Positions 25,992-37,715 of a stretch of DNA of 63,933 nucleotides are shown here, piece by piece (position 1 is the first letter of the stretch; each line of letters starts with the position of its first letter). The DNA comes from Carcharhinus longimanus. Its lineage: Eukaryota. Made by a program: the position numbers and the translations under genes. The stretch lies in contig JASCQW010000061.1 of the NCBI GenBank assembly GCA_030264375.1, positions 53,112,888-53,176,820 on the forward strand, written 5' to 3'. A model generated the notes under the pieces. That model had not been told where the DNA came from, did no database searches, and was given only the letters and a program-made list of their open reading frames with translations.

Positions 25992-27348
25992 TGAAGAGAG
26001 ACAGAAAAGAAAGGACTATTATAAGATTGCCAGCCTCTGATAGGTTGTTTGTTTGATCAATTATGATGTAGAATTTACATTAAACAAATGGGGAGCAAGT
26101 TTGTTAGTAATTATAATTTGGTGTTTTAAGTACTTTGTAGTTTTAAAGGTACATGTAATTAATCCATCGATATAAGTATATCGTCTATACATTTTTAAAA
26201 GTTAAACAAATTTTGTTTAACATGGTGAACAGTTACGAAATGCCCTGTGATACTAAACATGAGCTAAATACATTCCTTTAATGTATCCAACTGTTGGAAT
26301 TACAAGGCCATAAAGGAGACTAATTGCCCTGCCAGACACCTGATCATAAACGACTGATACAAGGGCAAGTTTTAATGAGGCTGCCTTCACAGTTTCTAAT
26401 CAAAACAGAGTCAGAAAGACATTAATGTCACAGCTAACACAGGAGTTATTGTAGGGAACTTAGTGGGAATTGACAAGGACTAATGATAACATGCTGGCAT
26501 CCCTTGAAGCATCATTAATTGTAGGGAGAAGTAAAATGCCCAGTCATTGGATTGATAAGCAATGTATACACGTGTTTTGTTGTTGTTGGCAATAAACAAA
26601 CTTATCAGGGCTGTAATCAGGGAATATCCTGAAGGCAAGTTGATTTGACCACATTCCTTAGAAATTCAGTTAACTTCACTGACAAGACCATAAAATACTA
26701 ATGGCTTTAGTAGCCCCCCTTTATCAATTAAAAGATACCCATGTGAGATTGTTTTAGTGAAGATGCTTTGTGAGGCTGCTAACACAATAGAGACATTATG
26801 CCTGACTAAGAGACTTGAGGACAGTTCACAAGGCTTGGTGATGATATATTGGGGTATCCCACGAGGTGCCGTGATTCCATGGCTCAGAGTTGTTCAGAAT
26901 TTCATTCTATTGGATCAATATGTAATTATGTCATTTGTAACCGTTTTGATTGGATTGTACCCAACTGACTGCAAGTTGTAGAATTGTATAAACCATGCTG
27001 ATTTACTTTGTCTGGTGGAGTGATGTTTTGACTCTTCGCGTCAAGATCCCTCCTCTTGCAGGCAAGTAAAGACAATCTGTCGATTAAGTATCTTGTGTTA
27101 ATGTGTGTTTGTGTTAAAGTCAAAGTCAGAAGTTGAGATTTCAACTGTTCCTGGCATGGTGAGGTAGCAGTGTACCACCGTGCCGCCCTCCACATTGCTG
27201 TAGATCTGATGGCACATGTACCCAGATCAGGTAAAGACGACAGATTTCNNNNNNNNNNNNNNNNNNNNNNNNNNNNNNNNNNNNNNNNNNNNNNNNNNNN
27301 NNNNNNNNNNNNNNNNNNNNNNNNNNNNNNNNNNNNNNNNNNNNNNNN

Positions 27349-27429
27349 CAGTGACCCGAGCCAGGAATCGAACACAGGACCCTGGAGCTGTGAAGCAGCA
27401 GTGCTAACCACTGTGCTACCGTGCCACCA
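27349..27429 (-). mobile_element. HE1-type SINE head, rest in gap
   Basis: cagtgacccgagccaggaatcgaac...gtgctaaccactgtgctaccgtgcc. Confidence 0.85.
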
Positions 27430-27895
27430 TTTGATTGTGATTACTTCACATATCACTTAACCATGTGTCGCTTTGGAGAAACAATGATGCAAGCACCAAT
27501 TTATTGTAAATGTGACCCATTACTTGTTAATGGATGTGTTCGCAGACTACACGTTAAAGGTTTGGTGCACAAAAAGATGAACAATTTTACCAAGTATTGT
27601 ACTCACAGCAGAATGAGTAATCTGAATTTACAGTCTGACAACTGTGACCAGCAAAGAAAATGTTTGGTATTACCCTGTGTATGCCACGTTATTGTAACAA
27701 AATCAAAGATACCTTTAGCGTATCTATCTAACACTTCCTGAACCCTATTTGTCCCTGCAGTATTGTTCTAGCAAAAACAAATTAATTAAGGTCACTGGAA
27801 AGACAAGGCAAAGCTTTGTTAGTAAGTACAGTCTATTGCAACGCGGCACCCAATGATTTCTTATTTGTCAGATCTTAATTTTTCCGGAGAATTGG

Positions 27896-28064
27896 TGTGA
27901 TATATTTGTCCCTTGTGGCTCACCATAGAGCCCTGCTGTAGTAATGTATGCAAAGAAATTATGCAATGTGATGTAGAAGCAGCAGGTATGACAGAGAACA
28001 CACCACAATAAAGCTACGTTCATTTATTGAGTGTTCCTGAATGTCATTTTCCAAATACACAACA
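27896..28064 (+). repeat. 5' LTR
   Basis: Direct repeat of 31123-31309; contains aataaa. Confidence 0.88.
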
Positions 28065-28517
28065 AATCTGGCGATAAGGATGAGATAACAGAGGTGCACG
28101 TGCTAAACCACTCAGAAGAAGTAGTTTAAGCAAATAAAAGTCAGAGAAAAAGAAACTTTTCACAAGTGTGGCTAGTATGGGCATAAGTTAAAAAAAATCT
28201 GAAATCAGATTCTAGAGCTGGCTGTAGTAAATGACAGACTGAAGCTCAAATTAATGCCTTGTGTAAATAAGAAAACGAGGTAGCTACTGGAAGTTGGTTG
28301 CAAAATACGCATATGGGAAACCTGCATGAGTATAAATGGCAGGGGTTTACAGCATCATTGGAGCTTTGGATGAAATGTGAAGCGGCGGAGCTCTTGTAAT
28401 GATCATTTTGATTATTCTGCACTGGTGAACAAAATAGATGACTTCCAGTTAGCTTGTGATGCATCTCTTGATGGTGTTCTCCCACATTATGCCAGCGAGT
28501 GGTGGTCTCCCACATCA

Positions 28518-28546
28518 TGATGTGGGTATGCCGGCATTGGACTGGC
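28518..28546 (-). mobile_element. Penelope-like element 3' terminus running into a gap
   Basis: tgatgtgggtatgccggcattggactggc, near-identical to 32981-33009. Confidence 0.75.
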
Positions 28547-28959
28547 NNNNNNNNNNNNNNNNNNNNNNNNNNNNNNNNNNNNNNNNNNNNNNNNNNNNNN
28601 NNNNNNNNNNNNNNNNNNNNNNNNNNNNNNNNNNNNNNNNNNNNNNCCTTCGGCCCACGAGTTGCGCCGATCACATCTACACCTACCAATCTATAGACCT
28701 ATCTATAACCCCCAATCCCATTAGACCCCATATACTCATCCAGAAGTCGTTTAAAAGACCCCAGCGAGTTCGCCTCCAATAGATTGGTACTTGATGGCTA
28801 GCAGAGACACAACAGGCTAAAGAGTCACTTTCTGTGCTGTAAAACCATATCATTCCATAACTATAACTGGCTCAAGGTGACTTCATTAAAGTTTTAAAGA
28901 TTATGATGAGAATTTACCTAAATTGTTCATGTAAACAGAGGCTCAAACACACAATAACA

Positions 28960-29440
28960 CAAGAAATAGGAGGAGGAGTAGACCACTCAGCCCATTGAGC
29001 TCATTCCACCATTCAATATGATCTTGGGCTTCAACTCCAATTTCCTGCCTGTTCCCAGTCTCCCTTAATTCCCTGAGAACACAAATAATGTGTGTGTCCC
29101 AACCTTAAATGTGTCCAATGATGGAGCATTTGTAATCCTCTGGAGTGAGAATTCCAAAGATTCACAACCCTTTGAGTGAAGAATTTTCTCCTTGTCTCAG
29201 TCCTAAATGATCGGCCCCTTATCTGAAACACTCCTGCGTTTTAGATTCCCCAACCAATGGAAACAATCTCTCAGCAGCCACTCTATCAAGCCCCATCAGA
29301 ATCTTGTTAGTTTCAATGAGATCACATCTCACTCTTCAAAACTCCAGAGAAAATAGCCTCAATTTGCTCAGCCTCTCATCACAGGCCAACCCCCTCATCT
29401 CTGGCATCATTTAGTGAACCTTTGCTGTACCACCTCCAGC
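28960..29440 (-). mobile_element. CR1 3' fragment
   Basis: ORF 29031..29231 QIRGRSFRTETRRKFFTQRVVNLWNS plus UTR. Confidence 0.88.
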
Positions 29441-29489
29441 CATAACAGGGTTTTTACCTGCATCGGGAGTGGGCTGGAAAATTGCCCCC

Positions 29490-29719
29490 TTAGTGTTCAA
29501 CCATACAAACCACCGGAATCCCTGTGAGACACCAAACAACTCTTGGCTGTCCCTCTGTCTTCTCAAAGATCAGTAATCTCTAAACTGCCTGTGCTTTATA
29601 TGCTCTGTCTGAGGCCAGAACTCTCCATTCACCTGACGAAGGGTCTAACCCGAAAGCTAGTGAGTATATTATCAAATAAATAGGTTGGACTAAAACCTGG
29701 TGTTGTCAGACTTTTTACT
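29490..29719 (+). mobile_element. Penelope-like pLTR
   Basis: cacctgacgaagg...cgaaagctagtg...caaataaa...ttggactaaaacctggtgttgtcagactttttact, the pattern of vertebrate Penelope-like termini. The 5' boundary is approximate. Confidence 0.75.
29627..29665 (+). ncRNA. Minimal type I hammerhead ribozyme motif (PLE-associated)
   Basis: Helix I AUUCAC/GUGAGU; core CUGACGA (29633-39); helix II GGGU/ACCC; GAAA (29652-55); palindromic AGCU in place of helix III; predicted cleavage after CUA (A29659). Confidence 0.7.
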
Positions 29720-31122
29720 TTGCTCCCACATCATGCCAGTGGATGAAGAAAGATCCATTGTTTTTGCTTCTCAAACCTTAAGCAATGCTGAAAGCAGTTA
29801 TGCCCAGATTGAACAGAGAGAGAGCGCGCTGGGGATCATCTTTGGCATCAAGAAATTGCATCAGTTTATGCATATGAGAAAGTTTACATTACTGATGGAC
29901 CACTGCCCACTCACCATCATTTTTGGATCACACATGAGAATTCTGTCACTCATTGCAAAGATGGGCATTGTTCCTGTCTGCACATACTTACACGATTAAA
30001 TACCACCATTCTAGTTTACATTATTATGCAGATGGATTATCAAGATCTCCACTACCTGTTGGTTCTACAGACTGCTCAAGGGGGAATATTTTCTACTTTA
30101 AGCTTGTATACAACACACCAGTTACCTCCATGCAAATGAGAAAATACACTCGGAATGACTCTGTGCTGTCAGAACTGATAAACACAGTTTTACAAGTAAA
30201 GACTTCGGGACTAATACCTAGCCTGAAATCCAACTACTCCAACAGAAAGAAGCTGTCAGTTCAATCAGGGCATCTTTTATGGGCTCAGAGTGACTGTTCA
30301 CCACCATTGGGAAAGTGAGTGTTAGAGAAGCTACACGAAGACCACTGTGAAATTGTTCGCATGAAAGAATTAGAAGAAGTTATTTCCCCTGGCCTGGACT
30401 TAATGCTAAGATCAAAGAAAAAGCAAGAATATGTTCTTCCTGTGCAAAGGTAAGAAACCTGCCACCCTTGCAGCAGTGGGAATGACCTGAAGAGGCTTAG
30501 CAATGTGTGCATATGGATTTTTCAGGATTTTTCAAAGAACACATGTTTTTATTAACTGTTGATGCTTATACAAATGGCCAGAGGTTGCTGTAATAACATC
30601 TATCTTATCTGAGAAGTGTTTAGTAGTTTCAGATTTGCAAACTGGGAGAAGTGTTTAGTAGTTTTGGATTTGCAGAACAGCTGGTAAGTGACAATGGACC
30701 TCAATTTATCTTATAGGAATTTGAGAACTTCCTACAAGAAAACAGCATTCAACACATTACATCTGCTCCATATCGCCCTGCCACTAATGGATTAGCAGAA
30801 CACTTTGCCCATGCTTTGAACACAACCGACAAACAAGGTTCATTTACCCAGTGCCTTAACAAATTTTTATCTAAAACCTCATAAAATCCAAGAAGATTGT
30901 GTGACAACAACAAGCATAAGTGGAATGGCATGAACATAGGGCAAAGCAGAGTTTTTCACCAGGAACAAGGAGTCTTAGCTTGAAATGTTGGTGTTGTTCC
31001 ATAACACAAACCAACCGTACAGCCAACTGAGCTAACCCCAAATTTATAGCAATAACTAGCCTATTGACTGTTGTTCATGTTGAACTTGTTTTGGGGATGT
31101 TCAAATTAAGTGGGGGAGGAAA

Positions 31123-31309
31123 TGTTATCCATTTGTCCTATTTGGCTCACCATGGAGCCCTGTTTAATAACATATGCAAGGAAGTGATGTAATGCGATAT
31201 AGAGCAGCAGGTATGAGAGAGACCGCATCACAACAAACTCACGTCCTTTTATCAAGTGTTCCTGAGTTCCTAAACTTTAAAACTGAGTGTCACTCTCCAA
31301 ATAACAACA
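31123..31309 (+). repeat. 3' LTR
   Basis: Follows the PPT; carries ~20 nt absent from the 5' LTR between ctga microhomologies. Confidence 0.88.
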
Positions 31310-32859
31310 ACTGGGGAATAAAATTAATTTACTGTTCTTTTAAATAAACACTCAAATTAGTGTGGTAATAACTATCTGCTTCTATTTCTCGACCTGCCAC
31401 AATATTCCATCAAAGAAAGGCAAAGTAATGTGTGAAAAAAAACATACAATTGTAATTACTTACAATGGGCTTACTCCCAGCAAGAGGCCATCTAGTGTTT
31501 AGAAACAGTATGATCATATCATACATATTACTTACCATCAGATATTCTGTTTTTCAGTTGATCCTTTTGTCAATGATTGTGTATGAGCTTAGCCCCAAAT
31601 ATCAGGTTTGTAAATTATGGATGGATTGATCTGTATAGCTCAATCATGTGTGGCTGCAAACCTTCAAATGATACTCAGGCAGACTCACAAACAGAAAGAA
31701 AAACTGTTTTGACAAAGAAAATGGAGACAAGTTATATGGATGGACAAAAGAGGTCACAAGATAGTGGACAGGCTGTGGGAAGTCAGAAGGTGAGTTATTC
31801 ACCGCAGGAATCCTAGCCTCTAATAACGTGCTGGCAATAGGCAGTCACATCCTGATGAGTTTAATAGTTGTCTGTTGACTTAAACAAATCCAGCTTCATT
31901 TATTTCAATAAATTCCCAAACTATCTTTCAATTAACGAAGAGCAAGACCTGGGATGTTAAAGGCAGATGTGAAACATTGTTATTGTTGTGATGTATCAAG
32001 CAACACTCAACACGGAGATGTTAAAGTTTCAAACAAGACAAAGACTTTCGCTGGAATTCCACTGGCCCACCCGCCACAGAGTCAGAGCAAGCGAGGAGCA
32101 GACATTGGAAATGTCTGTTGACCTCGAGCAGGAATTTCCGGTCTTGCTCGAGTGAGGCCATAAAATTCCACCCTTTATTCCACTAGTATATATATGGGGA
32201 ATACAGCTTGAGAGAGACTGTTAATGAACAAAGTTTGCTGTGCATATTTATACACTTTACAATTGTTCTTGTTGCTCTGGTATCCAGTTGTCACATGACC
32301 ACAAACAATACTAGAAAATTACAGAATCAACGTCTCATCAGAAGATTAGACCAGTCTCTGACTGAAATAAACACTTCCTTTGTAAAGCTAATCAAGCTCC
32401 TGTACTATAGTGATCCATTTCATATCAATGTAAACAGGTTCCCATTTGCAGCAATTATCTCTCTGTTACTCTAAACGAGGTTGAAGTTTACCTATGTTAT
32501 CATAATTCTGTAGCTAAACTACTCTCTGGGTCTTAGCAGAGTTTGGATTAATTTTTTTAAACTTCTGAAATCCTCAATCTTGTTTCAACCTTAGACTAAG
32601 CTCCAGCCTGCTATGCACCTGTATACCCTTCCATATATCTGCCTAATTGTCTAATTAACTTCTGTACTTATGTCCTCCTACAATACATGTACTCCCAAGA
32701 TGCCTGTGCTTTTTGCGGCCTTGTGAAATCCATCGACCGTGGATAAATAAATTGTTACAGACTGCACCCCCTGTATAGTTTCCTTAAAAGTCTGTTATTT
32801 CAATTTTGTTTGCACTTTAGTTCCATCCTCTTGATCCAAGGGCATCCAGTGCAAAGTTT

Positions 32860-32925
32860 CTTAAGTCTATTTATTAGTGTCACAAGTAGGCTTATGTTAA
32901 CACTGCAATGAAGTTACTGTGAAGG
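32860..32925 (-). mobile_element. SINE tail of the alternative-tail V-SINE family
   Basis: Reverse complement of the tail at 55335-55445 (ttcacagtaa.ttcattgcagtgttaa..taagcctacttgtga). Confidence 0.7.
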
Positions 32926-32980
32926 GGGCAGGGAGGGAGTAGGACCTCCTCATGAACCTGCTCCTGGGTCTGGTCAAACT

Positions 32981-33052
32981 TGATGTGGGTATGCCGGCGT
33001 TGGACTGGCGTAAACACAGTAAAAAGTCTGACAACACCAGGTTTTAGTCCAA
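32981..33052 (-). mobile_element. Young Penelope-like 3' terminus running into a gap
   Basis: Its reverse complement matches 29685-29719 exactly and extends 37 nt further. Confidence 0.8.
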
Positions 33053-33706
33053 NNNNNNNNNNNNNNNNNNNNNNNNNNNNNNNNNNNNNNNNNNNNNNNN
33101 NNNNNNNNNNNNNNNNNNNNNNNNNNNNNNNNNNNNNNNNNNNNNNNNNNNNNNNNNNNNNNNNNNNNNNNNNNNNNNNNNNNNNNNNNNNNNNNNNNNN
33201 NNNNNNNNNNNNNNNNNNNNNNNNNNNNNNNNNNNNNNNNNNNNNNNNNNNNNNNNNNNNNNNNNNNNNNNNNNNNNNNNNNNNNNNNNNNNNNNNNNNN
33301 NNNNNNNNNNNNNNNNNNNNNNNNNNNNNNNNNNNNNNNNNNNNNNNNNNNNNNNNNNNNNNNNNNNNNNNNNNNNNNNNNNNNNNNNNNNNNNNNNNNN
33401 NNNNNNNNNNNNNNNNNNNNNNNNNNNNNNNNNNNNNNNNNNNNNNNNNNNNNNNNNNNNNNNNNNNNNNNNNNNNNNNNNNNNNNNNNNNNNNNNNNNN
33501 NNNNNNNNNNNNNNNNNNNNNNNNNNNNNNNNNNNNNNNNNNNNNNNNNNNNNNNNNNNNNNNNNNNNNNNNNNNNNNNNNNNNNNNNNNNNNNNNNNNN
33601 NNNNNNNNNNNNNNNNNNNNNNNNNNNNNNNNNNNNNNNNNNNNNNNNNNNNNNNNNNNNNNNNNNNNNNNNNNNNNNNNNNNNNNNNNNNNNNNNNNNN
33701 NNNNNN

Positions 33707-34182
33707 TATTATTAAACTAGAAAGAGTGCAGAAGAGATTTACTAGGATGCTACTGGGACTTGATGGACTGAGTTATAAAGAGAGGCTGGATTGACTGGGA
33801 CTTTTTTCTCTGGAGCGTAGGAGGCTGAGGGGTGACCTTATAGAGGTCTAGACAAGGTAAATAGTCAATATCTTTTCCCAAAGGTAGGAGGGTCTAAAAC
33901 TAGAGGCCACAGGTTTAAGGTGAGAGGGGAGAGATACAGAAGTGTCCAGAGGGGCAATTTTTTCACACAGAAGGTGATGAGTGTCTAGAACAAGCTGTCT
34001 GAGGTAGTAGTAGAGGCAGGTACAATTTTGTATTTAGATAGTTACATGGCTTCAATGGGTATAGAGGGATATGGGCAGGCAATTGGGATTAGCTTAAGGT
34101 TTTTTTAAAAAAGGGCGGCATTGTCAAGTTGGGCCGAAGGGTCTGTTTCCATGCTGTAAACATCTATGACTCTATGACTCTA
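33707..34182 (+). mobile_element. CR1 3' fragment
   Basis: LERVQKRFTRML, SLERRRLRGDL and TRGHRFKV motifs; (CTATGACT)n tail. Confidence 0.9.
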
Positions 34183-34347
34183 ATCACATTTTGATTTAAT
34201 GTTTTAAATTTCCTTTGCCATTTGCTTATGTTTGATGTCACAACCCTTTAAGGGGCTGCCCCTTTAACTTGTCCTTCAGTTTGTTTAATTGATTAAACCC
34301 AAAATAGTACAATATATAACACAGAATCCATTCTGTATATTTTTCAG

Positions 34348-34476
34348 GACCTGAATCAAACAATATTGGTGAGTTGAATGGTTGTGATAAAGAATTAAGA
34401 GAAGGTGCAAGATCCTCATCAAGTCCCATTAAAGCACCAGATCAACATCTGAAAAGATTGAAAAGATCCAGCTCAG
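34348..34476 (+). CDS. ASXL3: Next coding exon of ASXL3-like gene (129 nt, phase 1 to 1)
   Basis: Acceptor tatatttttcAG and donor CAG|GTATAC; phase compatible with the previous exon. Reads (G)PESNNIGELNGCDKELREGARSSSSPIKAPDQHLKRLKRSSS(G), similar to remembered human [41 protein letters not shown]. Overlaps ORF 34374..34556. Confidence 0.85.
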
Positions 34477-34844
34477 GTATACTTCACAGAGGTCTTCAGG
34501 TCACAGCAAGTTTATTAACTGTTGCTTTGACCTGTCAGTTACAAGACATAAAGTAAAAATTTAAACCATCCTTTTATTAAAAAGTATTGGGACAAATTTT
34601 GCCATAAACAACACTCATTCATCTTACATTTGTCTATAGATTTTCTGAGGGCTGTTGCATGGCAATTTGTTGCAACCAAACAACTAAAGAATGCAACACC
34701 TTGACAGGAAAAGTGGGATTTGTATCAACAGGGTAACTAACTTTTGTGATGATAGTAGTACAATTGATATATGTATGTATATATATAGAATATATATATA
34801 TATTTAATGTTTAAGGGGAATTTTTTTAAAAATCAGCTGTATTC

Positions 34845-35168
34845 TCCAGAACTAGGGGTCACAGTCTAAGAAAAAGTGGTAAGTCATTCAGGACTGAGAT
34901 GAGAGAAAACTTATTCACTCAGAGAATTGTGAAACTGTAGAATTCTCTACCACAGAAAGCTGTTGGGTCCAGTTCATTAGATATGTTCAAGAGGAAGCTG
35001 GACATGGTCCTTGTGGCTAAAGAGGTCAGGGGGTATGGAGAGAAAGCAGGTGTGAGATACTGAAAGTACATGATCAGTCATGATCATATGGAATGGTGGT
35101 ACAGGCTCAAAAGGCTGAATGGCCTACTCCTATTTTTACCTATTTTCTATGTTTCTATGTTTTTCTAT
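34845..35168 (+). mobile_element. CR1 3' end
   Basis: agaactaggggtcacagtctaag to a (TTTCTATG)n tail. Confidence 0.88.
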
Positions 35169-35949
35169 ATTTCCTGGTAGTAATGCAATTCAGATTTTGA
35201 AACAGCAGGATAATTACTCATTTCAAGTGGTAAGTGGTTATGTTAAGTAGAGCTAATGGATTTTTATTTACTGAAGTTCCCTGGGATATCTGATTAGTGT
35301 GATTCAACCTGGAGAGAAATATCCTCTATTCACATTTATGCTGATTCACTTGTTAGAAGAATATTTAAACTGTGTTACTAAGTAAAGTTTGTTTCACTGG
35401 AAAAGATTCCTATTTTATTAGTGGATTCAATCAGGAGAGAAATATCCTCTACTCACATTTATGCCAAAAAGAAATTGTTGAAATCTAGTCTGGCTTCCTA
35501 ATGGAACTTGGGGTTCTGGTCTGGGACTCTAACATTGTGTAATTCTTTAACCAACCTAATTGAAAAACCGATAATGATCATGTGATGATGTGGTTATTAT
35601 ACAGTCCTGTGTCTGTAGCAGAGAGGGAAAAAAAAAGCTTTTTCATAAAACAATCAGTTGCAGCTGATGTTAAAAAGATTTTTCAAGTTTCTGGACCTCT
35701 ATTCTCTCTCTGAAAGCTCCAAGACTATAATCAAATGTTAATGCAAGTATGCCTGGATTTGCTAACTGTATTTATTTAAAAATAGGTTTGATCTATGCAT
35801 GAATGTAGCTGATTTGAAACAGTCATAAAGAGGTAATGCATTTCTAGGAAGGCCTGAATGTCCTTGTTCATGTGTCATAAAAGATAGCATAGAGGTGCAG
35901 CAAGCAATTAGGAAGGCAAATGGTATGTTGGTCTTCATCGCAAGAGGAC

Positions 35950-36565
35950 GGATTTGATTTGATTTATTGTTGTCACATTTAGTAGTATATAGTGAAAAAT
36001 ATTACTTCTTGTGCACTAAACAGACAAAGCATACAATTCATAGCGTACGTAGGGGAGAAGAAAAGGACAGAGTGCAGAATATAGTGTTACAGTTATTGCT
36101 AGGGTGTGGAGAAAGATCAACTTGATGTGAGGTAGGTCCATTCGAAAGTCTGATAGCAGGGAAGAAGCTGTTCTTGAGTAGGTTGATACGTGATCTCCGA
36201 CTTTTGTATCTTTTTCCTGACAGAAAAAAATGGAAGAGAGTATGTCCTGGGTGGGTGGAGTCCTTAATTGTGCTGGCCGCGTTTCCGAGGCAGCGGGAAG
36301 TGTTGACAGTGTCACTGGGTAGCAGGTTGGTTTGAGTGATGGGCTGAGCTTTATTTACAACCCTTTGTAGTTTCTTGTGGTCTTGGAGAGAGCAGAAGCC
36401 ATATCAAGCTGTGATACAACCAGAAAGAATATTTTCTATGGTACATCTGTAAAGGTTGGTGAGAATACCAAATTTCCTTATTCTTCTGAGAGAGTAGAAG
36501 TGTTGGTGGGCTTTCTTAGCAATAGCATCGGCATGGAGGAAGCAGGACAGGTAGTTAGTGATCAA
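35950..36565 (-). mobile_element. Rex1/Babar-like LINE 3' end
   Basis: (atttg)n tail; minus strand SRCLGNAASTIKDSTHPGHTLFH...KNSFFP-like C-terminus. Same family as 62290-62680. Confidence 0.8.
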
Positions 36566-36659
36566 ATCAAACCAGGAATGATCAAACCGAATTGTTGGAC
36601 TGAAAAGCCTACTCGTGTTCTTAAAGAGGATATTTGACCATTTTAGTCAAAGGATGCAA

Positions 36660-37715
36660 CCAAAACACCTCTAAACTGCTGCCACCCAAATTCACCTCCC
36701 AGCCTCTGTGTTAGCTAATGTTGTTAATACTTCTGTCTTTTCAGGTATTGTCCCTCTCTTCTTTAAACCTGTTGTCTTTCCCCTCCCATCAAACAACACA
36801 ATTCATTACCTCACCATCCCTTTCAACTTCAATCCCATCTCCCACCACCTTTTCCTCTCAAGTCCCGGGAGGTGCTACTGCCCATCAAATCCATGCCCAT
36901 CTTTTCTGGAGTTCCCACATGTGAATACTTCAATTCGGTTTCCATCTTGATTGCAGTAACAAAATATCTATTCTCAAAGTAACAATGACATCCTAAGTGA
37001 CTATAACAAAGGTAAACTAACTTTCTTTATCATCTCAACCTGTTTCAAGCCTTTGACATGATTCATGACACCATTCTCCTTGAATGCCACTCCACTGTTG
37101 TCCTGCTGGGTAGGATTGCACTCATTTGAATTCTTTCTTATATATCTAATCATAACCAGAGAATCATTTATAATGGGTTATGTTCCTGCCTCCTTTTGTA
37201 CTGTAACTTTTTTATGATTTTATAGTTCTAATTCCAAAATATAATCTTGTGCACCTCATAATTGTAATAATGTGTGCTGGTAAACACAACTCGACCTCAT
37301 CACCACCTTGCTCAACGATTCCACTGTCACTAAATTTTCAAAGTGTTTGACTGACATCTGGTACAGGTTGAACAGGAATTTCCTCCAATTAAATAATGGG
37401 AAGATAGAACATACTTCCTTCGAGCCCCACCGGAACCTCCTTTCACTAGCCACTGACCCTAACTGTCTACCTTGCAATTGTCTGAGATGAAATTAGACTA
37501 TTCAGAATCTTGGTGTCATTTTTAACCCCAAGATCAGCTGCCAACCACATATTTGCTCTATCACTACCACTGCCTACTTTCTCTCCGTAACAGTGCCTCA
37601 CTTTGCCCCTCCCACAACTCATCTGCTAGTGAAATCCTCATCCACGCTTTCATTACTTTTAGGTTTAGCTATTCCAACTCACTTTTGACCGGCCTTTCAC
37701 ATCCTATTTTCCACA
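36660..37715 (+). mobile_element. L2 LINE RT remnant
   Basis: LxxAFDxIxHxILL-like segment, NFLQLNNGKIE and LIHAFITFRFSYSNSLLTGL. Confidence 0.8.

Larger units (their letters stand above)
27896..31309 (+). mobile_element. Internally deleted Gypsy LTR retrotransposon
   Basis: LTRs 27896-28064 and 31123-31309 (TG...CA); PBS-like tggcgataagga at 28069; PPT aagtgggggaggaa at ~31108-31122; flanks attgg/actgg. RNase H (CDAS, FASQTLSNAESSYAQIE, ADGLSR) and integrase (VSDNGPQF, SAPYRPATNGLAE) remnants. Confidence 0.9.
7562..34347 (+). other. ASXL3 intron, ~26.8 kb including gaps
   Basis: GT...AG between two phase-compatible exons that are consecutive in the protein. Confidence 0.8.

Noticed and set aside
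34477-34556. ORF continuing past the exon
   Set aside because: Similarity to ASXL3 ends at the CAG|GT donor; the remainder is intron read-through to a stop.
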